Positions 13,454-27,417 of a stretch of 64,000 bases of DNA are shown here, one piece after another. The notes under the pieces are model-generated. The model was not told the DNA's origin and searched no databases. It was given only the letters and a program-made list of their open reading frames with translations. The stretch covers positions 83,893,741-83,957,740 of the forward strand of contig CM041465.1 in the NCBI GenBank assembly GCA_023213395.1. The letters run 5' to 3'. The position numbers were made by a program, and so were the translations under genes. The DNA is from Cycas panzhihuaensis. Lineage: Eukaryota > Plantae > Cycadophyta. Each line of letters begins with the position of its first letter. Positions within the stretch are counted from its first letter, which is position 1.

Positions 13454-16400
13454 TGTTGGGAATAATCCCAATGTATGTGCACTAGAGTGCTTAAGGCCCC
13501 TCAAAGCCGCCTTTAAGGGCCCCTAGGGCACCTTGAGCCGCTCAATAGCCGTCTGGACTGACCACTCACTTGATGTACATATCACCGTTATTTTCTTTAA
13601 TATATTTTGAACTTATCTTAATTGTTGTGCAGCTAGGGTGATGGCACCCGATGCCTCCCTAAAATTCTCTATTTAAGGGAAGGGAATACCTCCTAGGTGT
13701 TTATTAACACTGCCATTTTATCAGAAGTGTCGTTGTACTCAAAATACGATCGTTATGATGTCTTGCTCTGCTCCTCCAACTCTATCATTTGGTATCCGAG
13801 CCAAGTTGAGTTGATACTGTTGCTTATTTTCTGATTTAGCTTCTCATACATCTGGCAAAACATATGCATATGACTACTTGTTGAGATTCTAGCAAGCTCA
13901 TCTGTTTACTAGAGAAGATGGATCAGAGTTTCATCTACTATGAAAGACGTTCTCTCGCTCAGAAGTCTGCACAACAATAATGTAACCAGGTAACTAGGTT
14001 TTTCATTCTTTGATATTCAAGATATAAATAAATAAATAAATTTCTTTGATATATGTTTTTACTTTGTTCTTGGCTGAGTTTATATATCTTGGTATACTTT
14101 ATTCTCTTATGTGCATACTCTCGGTGTATGCTTTATATCTCTCTCGATAGATCTATGTGATCTGTGTACTATGGCGTTGTCCCCTATGCATCTGTAGTGT
14201 TGTTACCGAAACAAACACCTCTGTGCTGGCTTAATCTCTTCTCAACACTCAGCATATATATATATATAGCTATTTTTTATAAACTATTCATATAACTCTT
14301 TATCCACTTTATTCTGTCTATCCTTCTAACTAACAAACATCCAAAGACCTAACAACTGCAACCTTTGGAGGCCACTTTGAACTGTTTGTATACGACTGAG
14401 CCATCTGCGTCTGAACCATCTTCATCATTCCCTCTTACTAGCCTCTATGTCTACATTATTTCTAGGGCGTTTATGTCTACGCCATACCAGCACCCCCACC
14501 ATTGTACTCCAGACTTGGAACCCTCTTCATTTTCGCTTGCGTCCCCTCTCTGTACCCCTACCCGCCTTTGATATCTAACCACCCTCTACGTTAACAGACC
14601 TAACTGCATTTGGGTAAGTGCTGCGTCCTCACCCTGCGTCTTCGTCTTACTATCTATTGGGTGTCTCCATTACATATTATTGCATCTACGACTCTCTATG
14701 GCCCTAAGTGTTCGCACTCTTGCTTCCGTATTCCATCATTGCATTTTGTTCACTAACTTTTTTTATATACATGTCTTTTTCATTGTCTTAACGCACGTAT
14801 TTGTTGCTCGCATTCAAAATATAATTTCTGTATTTTTGTATTAGCATCTAAAAATACACGTATTTCTATATTGGCATCTGAAAATGTTGTGCTGCATATG
14901 CTTTTTGTAATCGCGTTTCATTTTTTAAATTGTTTCATTTACGTTTTTTAAAACCTACGGTTTACGTTTCTTTTCTATATATGCATTCCTCTTTATAAAG
15001 TTTAAAAAATTAAAGCTAACTAAATAATCTTTTGAGATCCAATCTTGAATACTTTCTGATTTCGCCTCTATAGGATTAGAGAAAACTCTCTATTCTTTAC
15101 ACATAATCAGTTCCAGTTTCGGTTTTTTAAAATTTTTTGTCTTTTAAACTCGACGAGCGAGTTCACCCTCTTGACATCAGAGATGTTTATTCTCTGATTG
15201 GTCTTGGGTTCAATCCCTACCCAGTTTATCTTTAGACCCATATTCCAAGAAGTTTTTTTTAATAATATAACTTTTTAACCCTTATTTTATTTTTTTTTTA
15301 ATTTTACATAGAGTTATTAGTGGTTTTGTTGCCATAACTCCTCATTGGCTTATCAGTTTTAGACGAAACCAGTTCCATTAGATCAAAAAAATTTTGTACA
15401 CCAGTTTTGACTAGTCATATGACCAATTTGGTGCCGATTTGACCCTGTTTCGACCAATTTAACATCAGACATTTAAAATGTCAGCCTTTTTCACACTTTT
15501 AACAAAATCACTTTTAGAACTGACCGTAATTTGTTACTGGTAAATTGTTTTATGCCTAAATTTCTTCTATAGCAATCTACGTTCTACAAACTTCAATACC
15601 CACTTCTTATTTTAATTTTTTGAATTCACTTTTATTAGTATTTTAATCACTAAAGGTGGGAATTTAGTTGTTTTTAGCCTGTTTCTTAACATTTTTACAT
15701 AAAGACACCTGTTACCATTTTTGCTATAACTTTTTTATTTTCTATCAAATTTTAATTTTGTCAGCTTTATTGGGAAGTTGACTCAATGCTCTTCGATTTG
15801 ACATAATGTTTTATACATTTTGACATATTTTTCCTATTTTTCAAATCATTCGAAGTTAAAGTACTTTATTGCCTCAAATCTGCTATTTTTACATATTTTT
15901 TAATATATTTTTCAAAAATTTTCAATTGAAAGTACATTAAACAATTTTATAAACAATATTTGATCATTTTTTCAACATTTTCTAAAGTGTTAATTAGTAA
16001 TTTTATGCAATTTTGACCTCCTTGTTCTTGTTAGGCCCCATAAGGAGGTTTATACCTTTGCATCATTCAAATCATGATTTATTGGAACCCATTTTCAAAA
16101 AAGTTAATTTCATTGGATTTGTACCTTATTAATCTACATATTGGTAGAATTTTAAGTTATTCTGACATTATTCAGTATAGTTTTCAAGCTATTAAAGTTG
16201 AGCATATAAGTACATCCTAATAAGCTTGTCATTTTTTAAAATTTTTAAGAAAATTCTAGTTTATATATCATTGGTTACTCAAGGTTTCTACTTGATCTTT
16301 CTACAAGCATTTTAAGTTATTTCAAACCAGAAATTATTCATAAGGTAATATATATCTTTCTCAAAGAAAAGTTATTTTTATACAAAAAGGGAAAGTTATT

Positions 16401-19400
16401 TTTTCTTACATTGAAGATTTACATTTACTCATTTGAGAAATTGGTATTTTTTAAAACTCTTTATATTTCATTCTCAAAAGTTTATAGTAATCGGCCTACT
16501 CATATTGGATGAGGACAGCCATTAGCTATCAGGTATATTCGGTGGTAGGTTGAGGTGTAGAACCTATTCATTTCATAGTGTTTGGAGACCAAGGCTAGAC
16601 TTGGAGAGGGTGAGTGCCTCGGTTCAAGAACCTTCATCGCTAGATCTGTCATTAGGCATAAGTCTGGCACAAATGGACTAATAATTCAGGGGGGTGTCAA
16701 AGCCTTTTTAGCAGCCCGCGTACTGAGGTATATAGAGCCTAGTGCTCCATACCGGTATATTGGGTCCCTGTTTTGCCATCTGTGGGCAGGCACCACTAGA
16801 CAGAATAGCAACCGAAGGTTGCTCCAGGAGAAACCTAAACTTAGAGCCTAGTAGCCTTTCTAGGTCCTAGTTCATTTATTCAAAACTTTGAAAAACTTTG
16901 GGATATATTTGGAAATAACTTCTTTCATTTAAGTTCTTTTAATTTTTTTTATATTTAAATATTTTTTGATATTGTATTTATCACATTTTACACAACTTTA
17001 GTTCAAAATGATGTCTAGTTTTTGGAACATGATTATCCCAAAATTTGATGGAAATAATTTCTTTAACTAGAGTAGGAGGATGAGGCCCATCCTCATAGCA
17101 AATGATATGTGAGATATAGTGAGAACCAGTTACAATGACTTAGGATCAAATCCAACCGATACTAAAAAAGTTACATACAAAGAAAATGTCAAAAAAGATA
17201 ACGAAGCATTAGCCCTTATCTTTTGTGCATTAAAAGATCATGTATTTCCATGGGTCAGTGAATCCATTAAGTCCAAAGAGGCTTGGGACACTTTACAACT
17301 TATATATGAAAGGGTCGCATCCTCTAAATTACAAAACTTGAGAAGTAAGTTTAAAAATTTACGTATGATGCCTCACAAATCAGTAACTGAATTCATGACC
17401 AATATTCAAGATATCGTTAACCAAATAAGGTCACTTGGGGATACCTTAACCAAACAAAGAGTAGTTGAACGAATACTTCGATGTGTAGGAGTCGTTAGAC
17501 GTTTTGAAATGGTAGCTACTAGTATTAGTGTATCAAAAGATCTAAGTACCCTCAAAGTAGAATAACTTAGTGCTATGCTCATGTCTATAGAAGAGCAATA
17601 AGCTGCCAATGAAACTTTAGAACATGCATTAGTTATAAAGGCTAACATTTAACCTAACCCTCAAGATGGCACCTCAAAACAAAACAAATCTCCTCCAAGG
17701 ACAAAAGATGAAAACCCTATAAATGAAACTAGATAAAATCCTCCACGATACCAAGCTCCTTACAAAAACAGACAAGGAGGACCCCCATAATATGAAAACC
17801 CTCTAAGACATCGAAACGCTCAAAGAAATCTAAACCAAAGAAGACAAGTTGATAATCATCCTTGTTGTCCACATTATCATGGGAATTCACAACCTTCAAT
17901 CTCACCTCATAACTATTGTGATTAACCAAGAAATAATCATACTCAATTCTATGAGGAAAGAGGGAGATCTTTTAATCTTGATCATTCTCAACCAAGGAGT
18001 CAAAGTCTCAGTTATGGAAAAAGAGATCAATTATATTATACTTATTGTCGTAGAAATGGTCACACTAAAGATAAGTATTTTTCAAAATATGGACCACCCC
18101 CTAGAGGATGTGTCAAATTCATGAGAACCTAAAATTAATAATAAGTTATTTCTATCTAGTTTTTTAGCCAAGGAATAAGAGGATGATAGTTGGTACATTG
18201 ATTTAGGTTGTTCCACCCACATGACCCATAAAGAGTAGTTATTTCAAACTTTGGATACAAATAAAAAAGGGTTTATTATATTTGGAGACAACACTTCTCA
18301 CGAATCGATTGGAAAAGGCAACATTGCCTTGTTGACTAATAGTGGTGAATATAAATACTTGAATGGTGTTCTATACGTCCCTACTTTAAGAAAAAACTTA
18401 CTATCGGTAGGATAGATGATGGGACAAGATTATAAAGTAATTTTTTACAACGACAAATGTGTCATTAAAGATAAAAGATAAAATGAAGCTATTGGTACTA
18501 GAGGTATAATGACTAAAGATCGTTTATTTAAGCTTTCTATCACCCCTTCAGATACCTATGCCCTTAGAACCACAACTACTATGGATAGTGATTTATGGCA
18601 TCAACGTTTTGGTCATCTTAACTATACCAATTTAGCTCTTATGAAAAGATTAGATATGGTTAATGGGTTACCCTCTATTGATGTTAACAAAGAGTTATGT
18701 GAAGGATGCCTTCTTAGAAAACAACATAGAGAAAGATTTCCAGATTTTAGCCATCGGGCATCTGCCCCACTTCAACTTGTATACACGAATATTTGTGGAC
18801 CAATGACTACTCCCTCCTTGGTAGGTACCAAGTATTTCCTCACATTTATTAATGAATTTATAAGAAAGACATAGGTATTTTTTCTCAAATATAAATCTGA
18901 TGCTTTCGACCACTTTGTTGACTTCAAAACCTTCGTTGAGTAACAAAGTGGATATCATATCCTTTCTTTAAGATTAGATAATGGGGAAGAATTTACCTCT
19001 AATATCTTCAAGAATTATTATATCTGACATGGGATTAGGAGACAACGTACCAACCCCTACACCCCACAACAAAATGGTGTAGCGGAAAGGAAAAATAGAA
19101 CTATCATAGAAATGGCACGATGTATGCTTAAAGATAAAAACTTGGGACATGAGTTTTGGGCTGAAGCAGTCCATACTGCAATCTACCTACTTAATAGATG
19201 TTCCACAAAAGCACTTAGGTGGAAGACACCAGAAGAAGCATGGACAGGTTATAAACCTAGTATCCATCACCTTAGGGTATTTGGCTATTTAGCCTACGCC
19301 CATGTTCCTGACCAAAGAAGAACTAAATTAGATGATCATAGTGTAAAATGTATCTTTATTGGATATAGTGAATCATCAAAATCTTATAAAGTTTATGATC

Positions 19401-21585
19401 CAAAATCTAGAAAAGTTATAGTGAGTAGGGACGTCAATTTTTAAGAAGACAACTACTATCAAAATAATCAAGAACAACAAAAGGACATTGCCATTAAGTT
19501 TGATATATCAAATAAATCCAAATATGTGCCTCATATGTGGAGACATTCTCCGAAAACCACTAGGGAAGAAACATCATCTCAACCACCATCATAACCACTA
19601 CCCAAATGGATTCAACGTAACTATGACTTAGGAAATATATTGGATAATAATAGAAGATCTACACGCTCACATAAGGTCAACTTTGCTCTAATGAGGAAGC
19701 TACTCAAAAGTCATGGGCCTCAAACCTTTGGTGGGGCTAATCAACATGAGTGTTGGCAGAAAGCCATGCACGAGGAATATAAGTCCATCATAAAAACGAT
19801 ACTTGGGAACTTGTAGATTTACCACTAAGGAAGAAAGCTATTGGAACCAAATGGGTTTATAAGACCAAGTTTCACTCTGATGACTCCATTGATAAATATA
19901 AAGTGCATTTAGTTGCTAAAGGATATGCCTAAAAAGAATGCATAGATTATACTGAAACATTTACCCCAGTCGCTAAGATGGAATCAATTCACATAATAAT
20001 AAGTTTAGCTGCCTAAATAGGTTAGCCTGTTTATCAAATGGATGTAAAAAGTGCTTTCTTAAATGGTTATATCCAAGAAGATATCTATGTCACTCAACCC
20101 CTTGGTTTTGAAGTCAGGGGGGAAGAAAACAAAGTGTACAAGTTAAAGAAGGCATTATATAGTCTAAAACAAGCACCTAGGGCTTGGTATTCCTGTATAG
20201 ACACGTGTCTTAAGATCAAAGGTTTGAAAGATCTTAAGTAGATCCAAACCTATATACCCAAATTAAAGGAAATTCGATATCGATTGTAGGACTCTATGTG
20301 GATGATTTAATTTATACTAGAAATAACTCCCAACTTTTAAAGCAATTTAAAGATGCTATGTGTAAGAAATTTAAAATGACAGACTTAGGCTTTATGCATT
20401 ACTTCCTAGGATTAGAAGTTTGGCAGGATAAACAAGGAATATTTATCTCTCAACGTAAATATATATTAGATCTTCTACAAAGATTTAATATGATAAACTA
20501 TAAACCATTGTCAATACTAATAGAAATTGGAATCAAACTCTAAGATAAATGACTCAACTTCAGTTGATCCCACTCTCTATAGACAACTGATTGGCAGCCT
20601 AATCTATTTAACCTCTACTCGACTTGATATAATATATTCGGTAAGTGTTGTGTCTAGATTTATGCAGGATCCAAAGACATCTCATTGGCAAGCTACTAAA
20701 AGAATCCTTAAATACCCTAAAGGCACTCCAGATTTTAGGTTATACTACAAAACTATATCTGAGTTTTAGTTAACTGGTTATACAGATTCAGATTGGGCCT
20801 GTGATGTCGATGATATGAAATCTACCTCAGGTTATGTATTTAGTATGGGATCAGCAGCGGTAGCTTGGAGTACAAAGAAACAAAATATTATTTCCTTATC
20901 CACAGCCAAAGCAGAGTATAAAGCTATAGTGTCAAGAGCCTGTGAATCAATCTGGTTAAGAAGACTCTTACAGGACTTTCAAATTAAATAGTAAGGTCCC
21001 ACTAGAATTTGGTGTGACAATCAAAGCACTATTCAAATGACCAAAAATCCAGTATTCCACTGCAGAACAAAGCATATTGAAACTCAATACCACTTCATTT
21101 GGGAACTTGTATAATCAGACAAGATAGAGTTGACTTATTGTAGCACCGAAGATCAAACAGTAGATATTTTTATAAAGGCATTGAGGAAAATCAAATTTGA
21201 GAAATTCATAGAAGATTTGGGAGTCATACACATTGGGCTTATGGGGGAGAATATTGGGAATAATCCCAATATATGTACACCGGAGCACTTAGGGCCCCTC
21301 AAAGCCACCTTTGAGGGCCCCTAGGGCACCTTGAGCCGCTCAATAGCCATCCAGACTGACCACTCACTTGAGGTACGTATCACGGTTATTTTGTTTAATA
21401 TATTTTGAACTTATCTTAATTGTTGTGCAGCTAGGGTGATGGCACCCGACGCCTCCTCGAAATTATCTATTTAAGGGAAGGGAATACCTCCTACGTGTTT
21501 ATTAACACCGCCATTTTATCGGAAGTGCCGTTATACTCAAAATACGATCGTTATGATGTCCTGCTCTGCTCCTCTAGCTTCATCA
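13454..21585 (+). mobile_element. Full-length, decayed Ty1/copia with an unusually long 5' leader
   Basis: 334 bp LTRs at 13454-13787 and 21252-21585. TSD CTTTA/CCTTA (one C/T difference). PBS TGGTATCCGAGCC at 13790-13802. PPT GGGGGAGAA at 21243-21251. Confidence 0.96.
17008..21250 (+). pseudogene. pol: copia gag-PR-INT-RT-RH polyprotein, disrupted
   Basis: IPKFDGNNF, WYIDLGCSTHMT, LWHQRFGHLN, PYTPQQNGVAERKNRT, MDVKSAFLNG, YVDD, YTDSDWA and RTKHIE in copia order. Confidence 0.95.
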
Positions 21586-22630
21586 CCTTATAGTTTCCTC
21601 GATTTAGCTAATTTATACTATAGATTTATATTACAATATTCTAGCATTGCATTACCTTTAAACATCCTTCTGAGAGGTACTTCTAAGTTTGAACGGACAA
21701 CCATTCAACAACAATCTTTTGAGGAGTTGGAAAAAGATTATGTTTTATGTTGACATCAACATTGTTGGACCTATGACAAGCATTCAAGGTTGATACTAAT
21801 ACTTTGAATATTATCATAGGAGTTATCCTTATGCAACATGAGAGACTAATTACATGACACTTATAATTTTTTATAGGAACAATTAAGAACTACTCCACTA
21901 ATAATAAGAAGATACATGCCAAGCAATAAAAACTTAGAGATACTACCTCCTTAAAAAGGAGATAATTATTAATTCTGACCATATGCCTCTTCAATTCCTA
22001 AAAATATAATCCAAGATCTAGAATAGTGAACATTTTAAGTGGATGACATATTTGTATAAGTTTCATCTTATGATTAAATACCAAAATGTTTCCATAAACA
22101 AAGTTGTTGATTACTTGAGTAGACTAGTAAATGCAATGACATTTGTCATGCATACTAGTTACTTTACATTTGATGATTAGATTTCATTATATGCTAATAA
22201 TCCTAATTTTTATGAAGTGTATGGGGCAACAATTTCTATGGTTCTAAGTAACAAAAAATAGCATGTATACTTTCATATAATGGATGGAATCTTATACAAG
22301 TTAGATAAGATTTATATACCTTCTAAGGACAACTATATACTTATCCTAATCTAGGAAGCTCACCATTCCCAAGTAGGATCCTATTTTGGTGTGGAAAAGG
22401 CTTTGGCCCATTTGTAGTAATATTTCTATTAGTAAAAGATAAAAGAATATGTAAGCCAACAACTTAAATCTTATGCCTCATGTACTACTTCAAATCCTTT
22501 AAATATAAGACAAGGCAAGTGCATACCATTAATGGCACCAACAAGGCCATGGGAGTCAATCTCCATGGATTTTATTGGAGGGTTATTTATGATACAAAGG
22601 AAACATCAGTATATACTTCTAGTTGATGCC
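21586..22630 (+). pseudogene. pol: Decayed CRM-like gypsy RT-end/RNase H/integrase, host (right part)
   Basis: SFLDLANLYYRFI resumes right after the TSD; NKVVDYLSR; RPWESISMDFIGGL at about 22545-22590. Confidence 0.85.
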
Positions 22631-22812
22631 AAGGTTCAATAAGATATAAAATACCTTTTAGTTGAGATTTTTTTTTAGGATAGATACAAATTAGGCCCAA
22701 AAATGCTATAAGAGATAAAGAGGTAACTAGCTAACATTATAAAGTAGTTAAAGGTAGCATAAGATAGGAAGAAAATCTATGTAAACTTGAAGAGAATAGC
22801 AAGAGAATTTTG

Positions 22813-22815
<3 letters not shown>

Positions 22816-22902
<87 letters not shown>
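22816..22902. repeat. (TA)n microsatellite
   Basis: Pure TA run. Confidence 0.95.
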
Positions 22903-22903
<1 letters not shown>

Positions 22904-24534
22904 CCCAAGCATAGCTCTCTTTTCCTCAAGCACATATAAGAAGTTGTCACCAGGGTATTGTGGGATATTTAAGATCCTTGAATGGGTTGAAATAGGTTGC
23001 ATATAAAATAACCTTACACCAAACCTATAAATTTGTGATGTTCTCTATGTTTCATCATTAAAAATATATGTGCTAGACTCAAAGTATGTATTTGATTAGA
23101 CTAATCTAATAGCTAGATCAAACATCAATTTTGAGAAAGTACCCTTAAGGATATTATATCAAAAGGAAGAATATTATAAAACATGAGCTTCAGATAAGTG
23201 AAACTACAATGGAATCCTATAACAATAGAAGAGACAACATGGAACTTGGAAAGTATTATGAAGAAACAATATCTTTATTTGTTTGTAATAGAATGAGGTC
23301 ATCAAGACAATTCTTTTATAAAGGGGAGAGAGATGTAAGGACCCTATAAGGATTTGATTCCTTAACCCAACCATGGATAGACTAAGGCACAAACCATAAA
23401 TAGATCAAGGTATCAACTATGGATAGACCATAACTCTAATAAATCTATAATGTATAACTTCGCTTTCTATTTCTCTCATCCCATATAATGTGAATGCCTA
23501 TTTAAGTAACACTAAGTATGGGGATGCACCATTTTAATCTCTTATATTAGTAAGTATCTTATTATCTCTTTTATTTTAATACTCCAGTCAATGTCAATGT
23601 AAATTTACTTTTTGTTTTGTCTTGCATAATATAAAAGCCAACTAGATTACTTAGATGGATAATACATATGTGGGAGCACATGATATGAATGAAGGACCAA
23701 TAGATAGAAAAATAAATGTAAGGGTAGATGGTAGACTTAGAGATTTCATGACTTCTTTAGGGAACAAAATTTAATTGATTAACCTATTGAGTTTCTAAGA
23801 AAAAGACTTCTCATACTTTTGTAAGTAAGCCAACAAGTTTTATCACCCAATGACTCAACTTCAAACTTACAAAATAAAGGACAAGGTAAAGCCTCACAAT
23901 ATTGCAAATAAGAAGTTGAGTAAAAAACACAAAGGCATAACCCTTACATTTTTGCAAATTAGTCACTAAGTGTATAAGGACTAAAAAAAAGTAAAAATAG
24001 AGAAATTTGAGGTAAAATCTTTATGTTTGAACCTCCAAGGAAAGATTGAAAATCATGTAACAAAGGATGCATTTAACAAGTCTTGAAGTTATTGGTGTAA
24101 CTAGAATGCACTAACATGTACCTAACACCAACCTACCATAAATATGATTAATGCCAAATTAGATCCATTGAGCATAGATGGAAGGGATTAGTATGCATGA
24201 GTATGAGAGGGATGAATGAAAATGCTCACATAAAGACACTTTGGATTCTTATCTAGATAAGAAGTCATAGGATGACTACTTTGACTACAATAACTATAGG
24301 CCTTGGATGCATTCACAGGAGGGTAAAGACACCCACCAAAGTGGATGGTGTTAATATGGGTAACTCAGCTCACCTTAAGGCATGGATATAGTCATAGAGG
24401 GAAGAAGAAAATGTATTCTTTTATATTCTATTTGATGGGATACTGATATTCAATATATCTTAACTATTTTCTTTCCATCTTTTGGGTCATTGGTATTTTA
24501 TTCATCTTGAGAAGAGTAGTATTAAGTTAGGCAT

Positions 24535-24970
24535 TTAGAGTAGATAAGTTCTACAAATATGTTCTTTGGTTTAGTTTTAGAGCACATAAGTTATATATAT
24601 ATATATGTATATATATATATTATTTAGTTTGATTTTTAGAGTAGATAAGTTTTGTATCTATATTTTTTAGTTCAATTTATCATAGTAGATTAATTCCACA
24701 TCTATATTTTTTGGTTTAGTTTTTCAAAGCAAATAAATTCTACATCTATATTCTTTGGTTTAACTTTTTAGAGTAGATGAGTTTTGCATCTATATTCTTT
24801 GGTTTAATTTTTAAAAGTAGATAAATTTTGCATCTAAATCCTTTGGTTCTATTTTTTAGAGGAGATAAGTGTTGCATCTATATTTTTGGTTTTGTATTTT
24901 AGAGTAGATGAGTTCTACATCTATATTATTTCATTCAATTTCTCATAGCAAAGTAAGTTTTGCATAGATA
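24535..24970 (+). repeat. About 43 bp tandem minisatellite, about 10 copies
   Basis: Consensus near TTTTTAGAGTAGATGAGTTTTGCATCTATATTCTTTGGTTTAA. Confidence 0.85.
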
Positions 24971-25184
24971 TCTCTAAGATAGCTTCATAGAGTAAATTGG
25001 ATTCTATATAGTTATACTCTAGTTAAAAGTTATAGTATAGGTGAATCTACACTTGAAGTAATTTCTTAGGATTTTATCCCCACCCCATATAGGGGATAGA
25101 TTTAGTAAGTGGTATGAATTCATGTTTTTATTACTATTTCAATATCATTGGACTATTTTGAAGGTGCTAAACTATCATAATATT

Positions 25185-25400
25185 GGGTTTGGGTTAAGAG
25201 AGTCCATATTCCCTAAGGGTTGAGTGAGTCCCCTCTAGTTATTTCTATATGTTAAAAGGTTAGGATTAGGTTGAGTGAGTCCCCTTTTCCTAAGGGTTGT
25301 GCATGTCCCATATTTAGTTATTTTTATATGCACTACTACAAGGGTAGGATTGGGTTGAGTGAGTCTCCTTTTTTTGAGGGTTGAGTAAGTCCCCTCTTTA
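25185..25400 (+). repeat. Clustered GGGTTGAGTGAGTCCCCT motifs (about 5) in probable old long-LTR sequence
   Basis: Motif recurs at about 25191, 25217, 25269, 25352 and 25378. Confidence 0.65.
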
Positions 25401-26947
25401 ATTATTGTTATGTGCATGAGTAAGGCCTATAGGGTATGGATTTACACCCTCATTCTTAGTGAGTGTTATGTGGTGTGAAACACATAACCCATTAAGGTGA
25501 GAGCCTCATCTTTGGTGTAGTGTTATGTCATATGAAATATATATCCCAATGGGATGATAAGCTAGTGTGAACATATATAAGATTACTAATATGCATTTCA
25601 TGGTATAGGACATATGGGTTATAGAGAGATAGTCTAAGGAGATTAACTCAATTATGGAACATATGTGAAATGGCATTTTTAGATTGAGTGCATAAGTTAA
25701 ATTACAATAGAATGTTTGGGAATATCATAACAGTGTTTTATTATTATAATATTTCTAAGTAAAGTGTATATATTAAAATGTAGTAAAAAATTTAGAAGAT
25801 AGACCAACCATGTTTAGTTGACCTCTTCATATAAGGTTATATAATTCAAATGCAATAGGAAGTTCAATAATAATTTAACATTGTTTTTTTATAGTATGAC
25901 TTGAGAAGCTATTAGGATAGGTTATGAGCTAAGAGTAGAATGAGCTACTAATACTCCAACATTTATATCATGTGCTCTAGCTAGGGGTGCTTTCCCCCTT
26001 AGGATTATAATTGGTTGGGTCATGGATTTGCTTAAGTAATTTAGTTGGTCTCCTTTTTTAGTCAAGTTTATGAGTATAGTAGATGTCCTAACGATGAAAT
26101 ATAATATTATGGCACTTATTATATTATCTAAAATTTATAATTGTTGAGGTTATATTTTGGAAATCCATATAAAATATCATAAACCTATTAAACTAACAAC
26201 ATCTTTAGGCATTCATTTTTCTATTGTATATACTTACATACTCTAATTTTAGCTTCTGTAGTTTAAGTAAATCAGGTAGATGTGGGCTTGGTTGGAATTG
26301 TCAGGTGAGTTATAGCTTAGCATGGTCATAAATGACCCCAAGTAAGGCTTGGGGCTAGTCTATGATATAGACCCCCTCTTATGGAGGCCTACCATCATTC
26401 TTTAACACTACAACCCTCTACAATAGTGCTAAAGAATGGTACTTTTATTCAAAGGTGCCACAATCTTACCAAAATAACCACTAACTCCATCGAAGATGCC
26501 ACTAAAACACAATTAATAAATAGCTATAATTGTCATTTAGGTGTCAAATTCTAGCACTCAATGCATAGAAATAGGTACCTAATCATAATTTGTCATCTTC
26601 TATGGTATCTCAACATGGGTTTTACTTTACTTCTTTATTGTCTTCAACCTAGTATATATTTCAATACTCAAACACAAGGGTTTTATTAGTAGATATTAGG
26701 CTATCATCATTACAAAATTCCTTTAACTTGATTTTACACCCTATTCCCTTTCTACTTCAATTCAAAAATAAAGGGGATTTTATAAAGAGTATGTAGTACC
26801 ACTTCACACTTAGTAACTAAATGATATCCTATTAAACTCTTGACTTGTTGATGGGGCGGTGCACCTATGTGTTGCTACATTTCAATACATGGGGAAGAAA
26901 GCATAAGAATAACATAATTACTAATTATTCATTAAGATCCAAGGACA

Positions 26948-27388
26948 TGATGTTGTGAGGACAAGAACCATTATCATTGTTTTATGACAGATTGCTCTAG
27001 TTCTCTCACAACCAGGGATAACCTAGAATAGTATACACAGGAGTTGAAACCAATACATCAATGTATGAAATATGGATGACTATATTCCATGTAATAGCAA
27101 TCAAAATGACTACAATCCAAAAACTAAATACTACCCTTCAAACATTTTCCTATTACATTTATATTTACCTATGGCTCAAGTTGGTTGCAACCATTCAATT
27201 ATGTTAATTGGGTTGCAACTAATACAGTCAAACATATCTCCCCATCATAAAACTTATAAGTGTTTCTACCTGTGAGCATCAAAATTTTAGAAAAATAATA
27301 TATTAAAAGATTATTTTCCTCAGTCCTTTATGATCTTCTCCATTTCTATGTGAATTTGCTATGGATCAAGCCTATGGACAATACATCG
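26948..27388 (-). repeat. 3' LTR of the Athila/Tat-related gypsy (inner boundary approximate)
   Basis: Starts TGATGTTG on the plus strand, homologous to 1-332/7309-7365, candidate other end CATCG at 27388. Confidence 0.7.
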
Positions 27389-27417
27389 TAGATTTATACC
27401 TTACTTTTTATAATGGT

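Noticed and set aside
15195-15225. tRNA or SINE (GGTTCAATCCC box-B-like)
   Set aside because: No convincing A box or cloverleaf.
16582-16851. 89 aa ORF in the copia leader
   Set aside because: Non-ATG start and no recognisable domain; better explained as GC-richer non-coding sequence.
22748-23002. 84 aa ORF with YIYIYI (also 46379-46582)
   Set aside because: Translation of (TA)n microsatellites.
24535-24970. CRISPR-like array with hairpin repeats
   Set aside because: The sequence between hairpins is also repeated, so it is a minisatellite.
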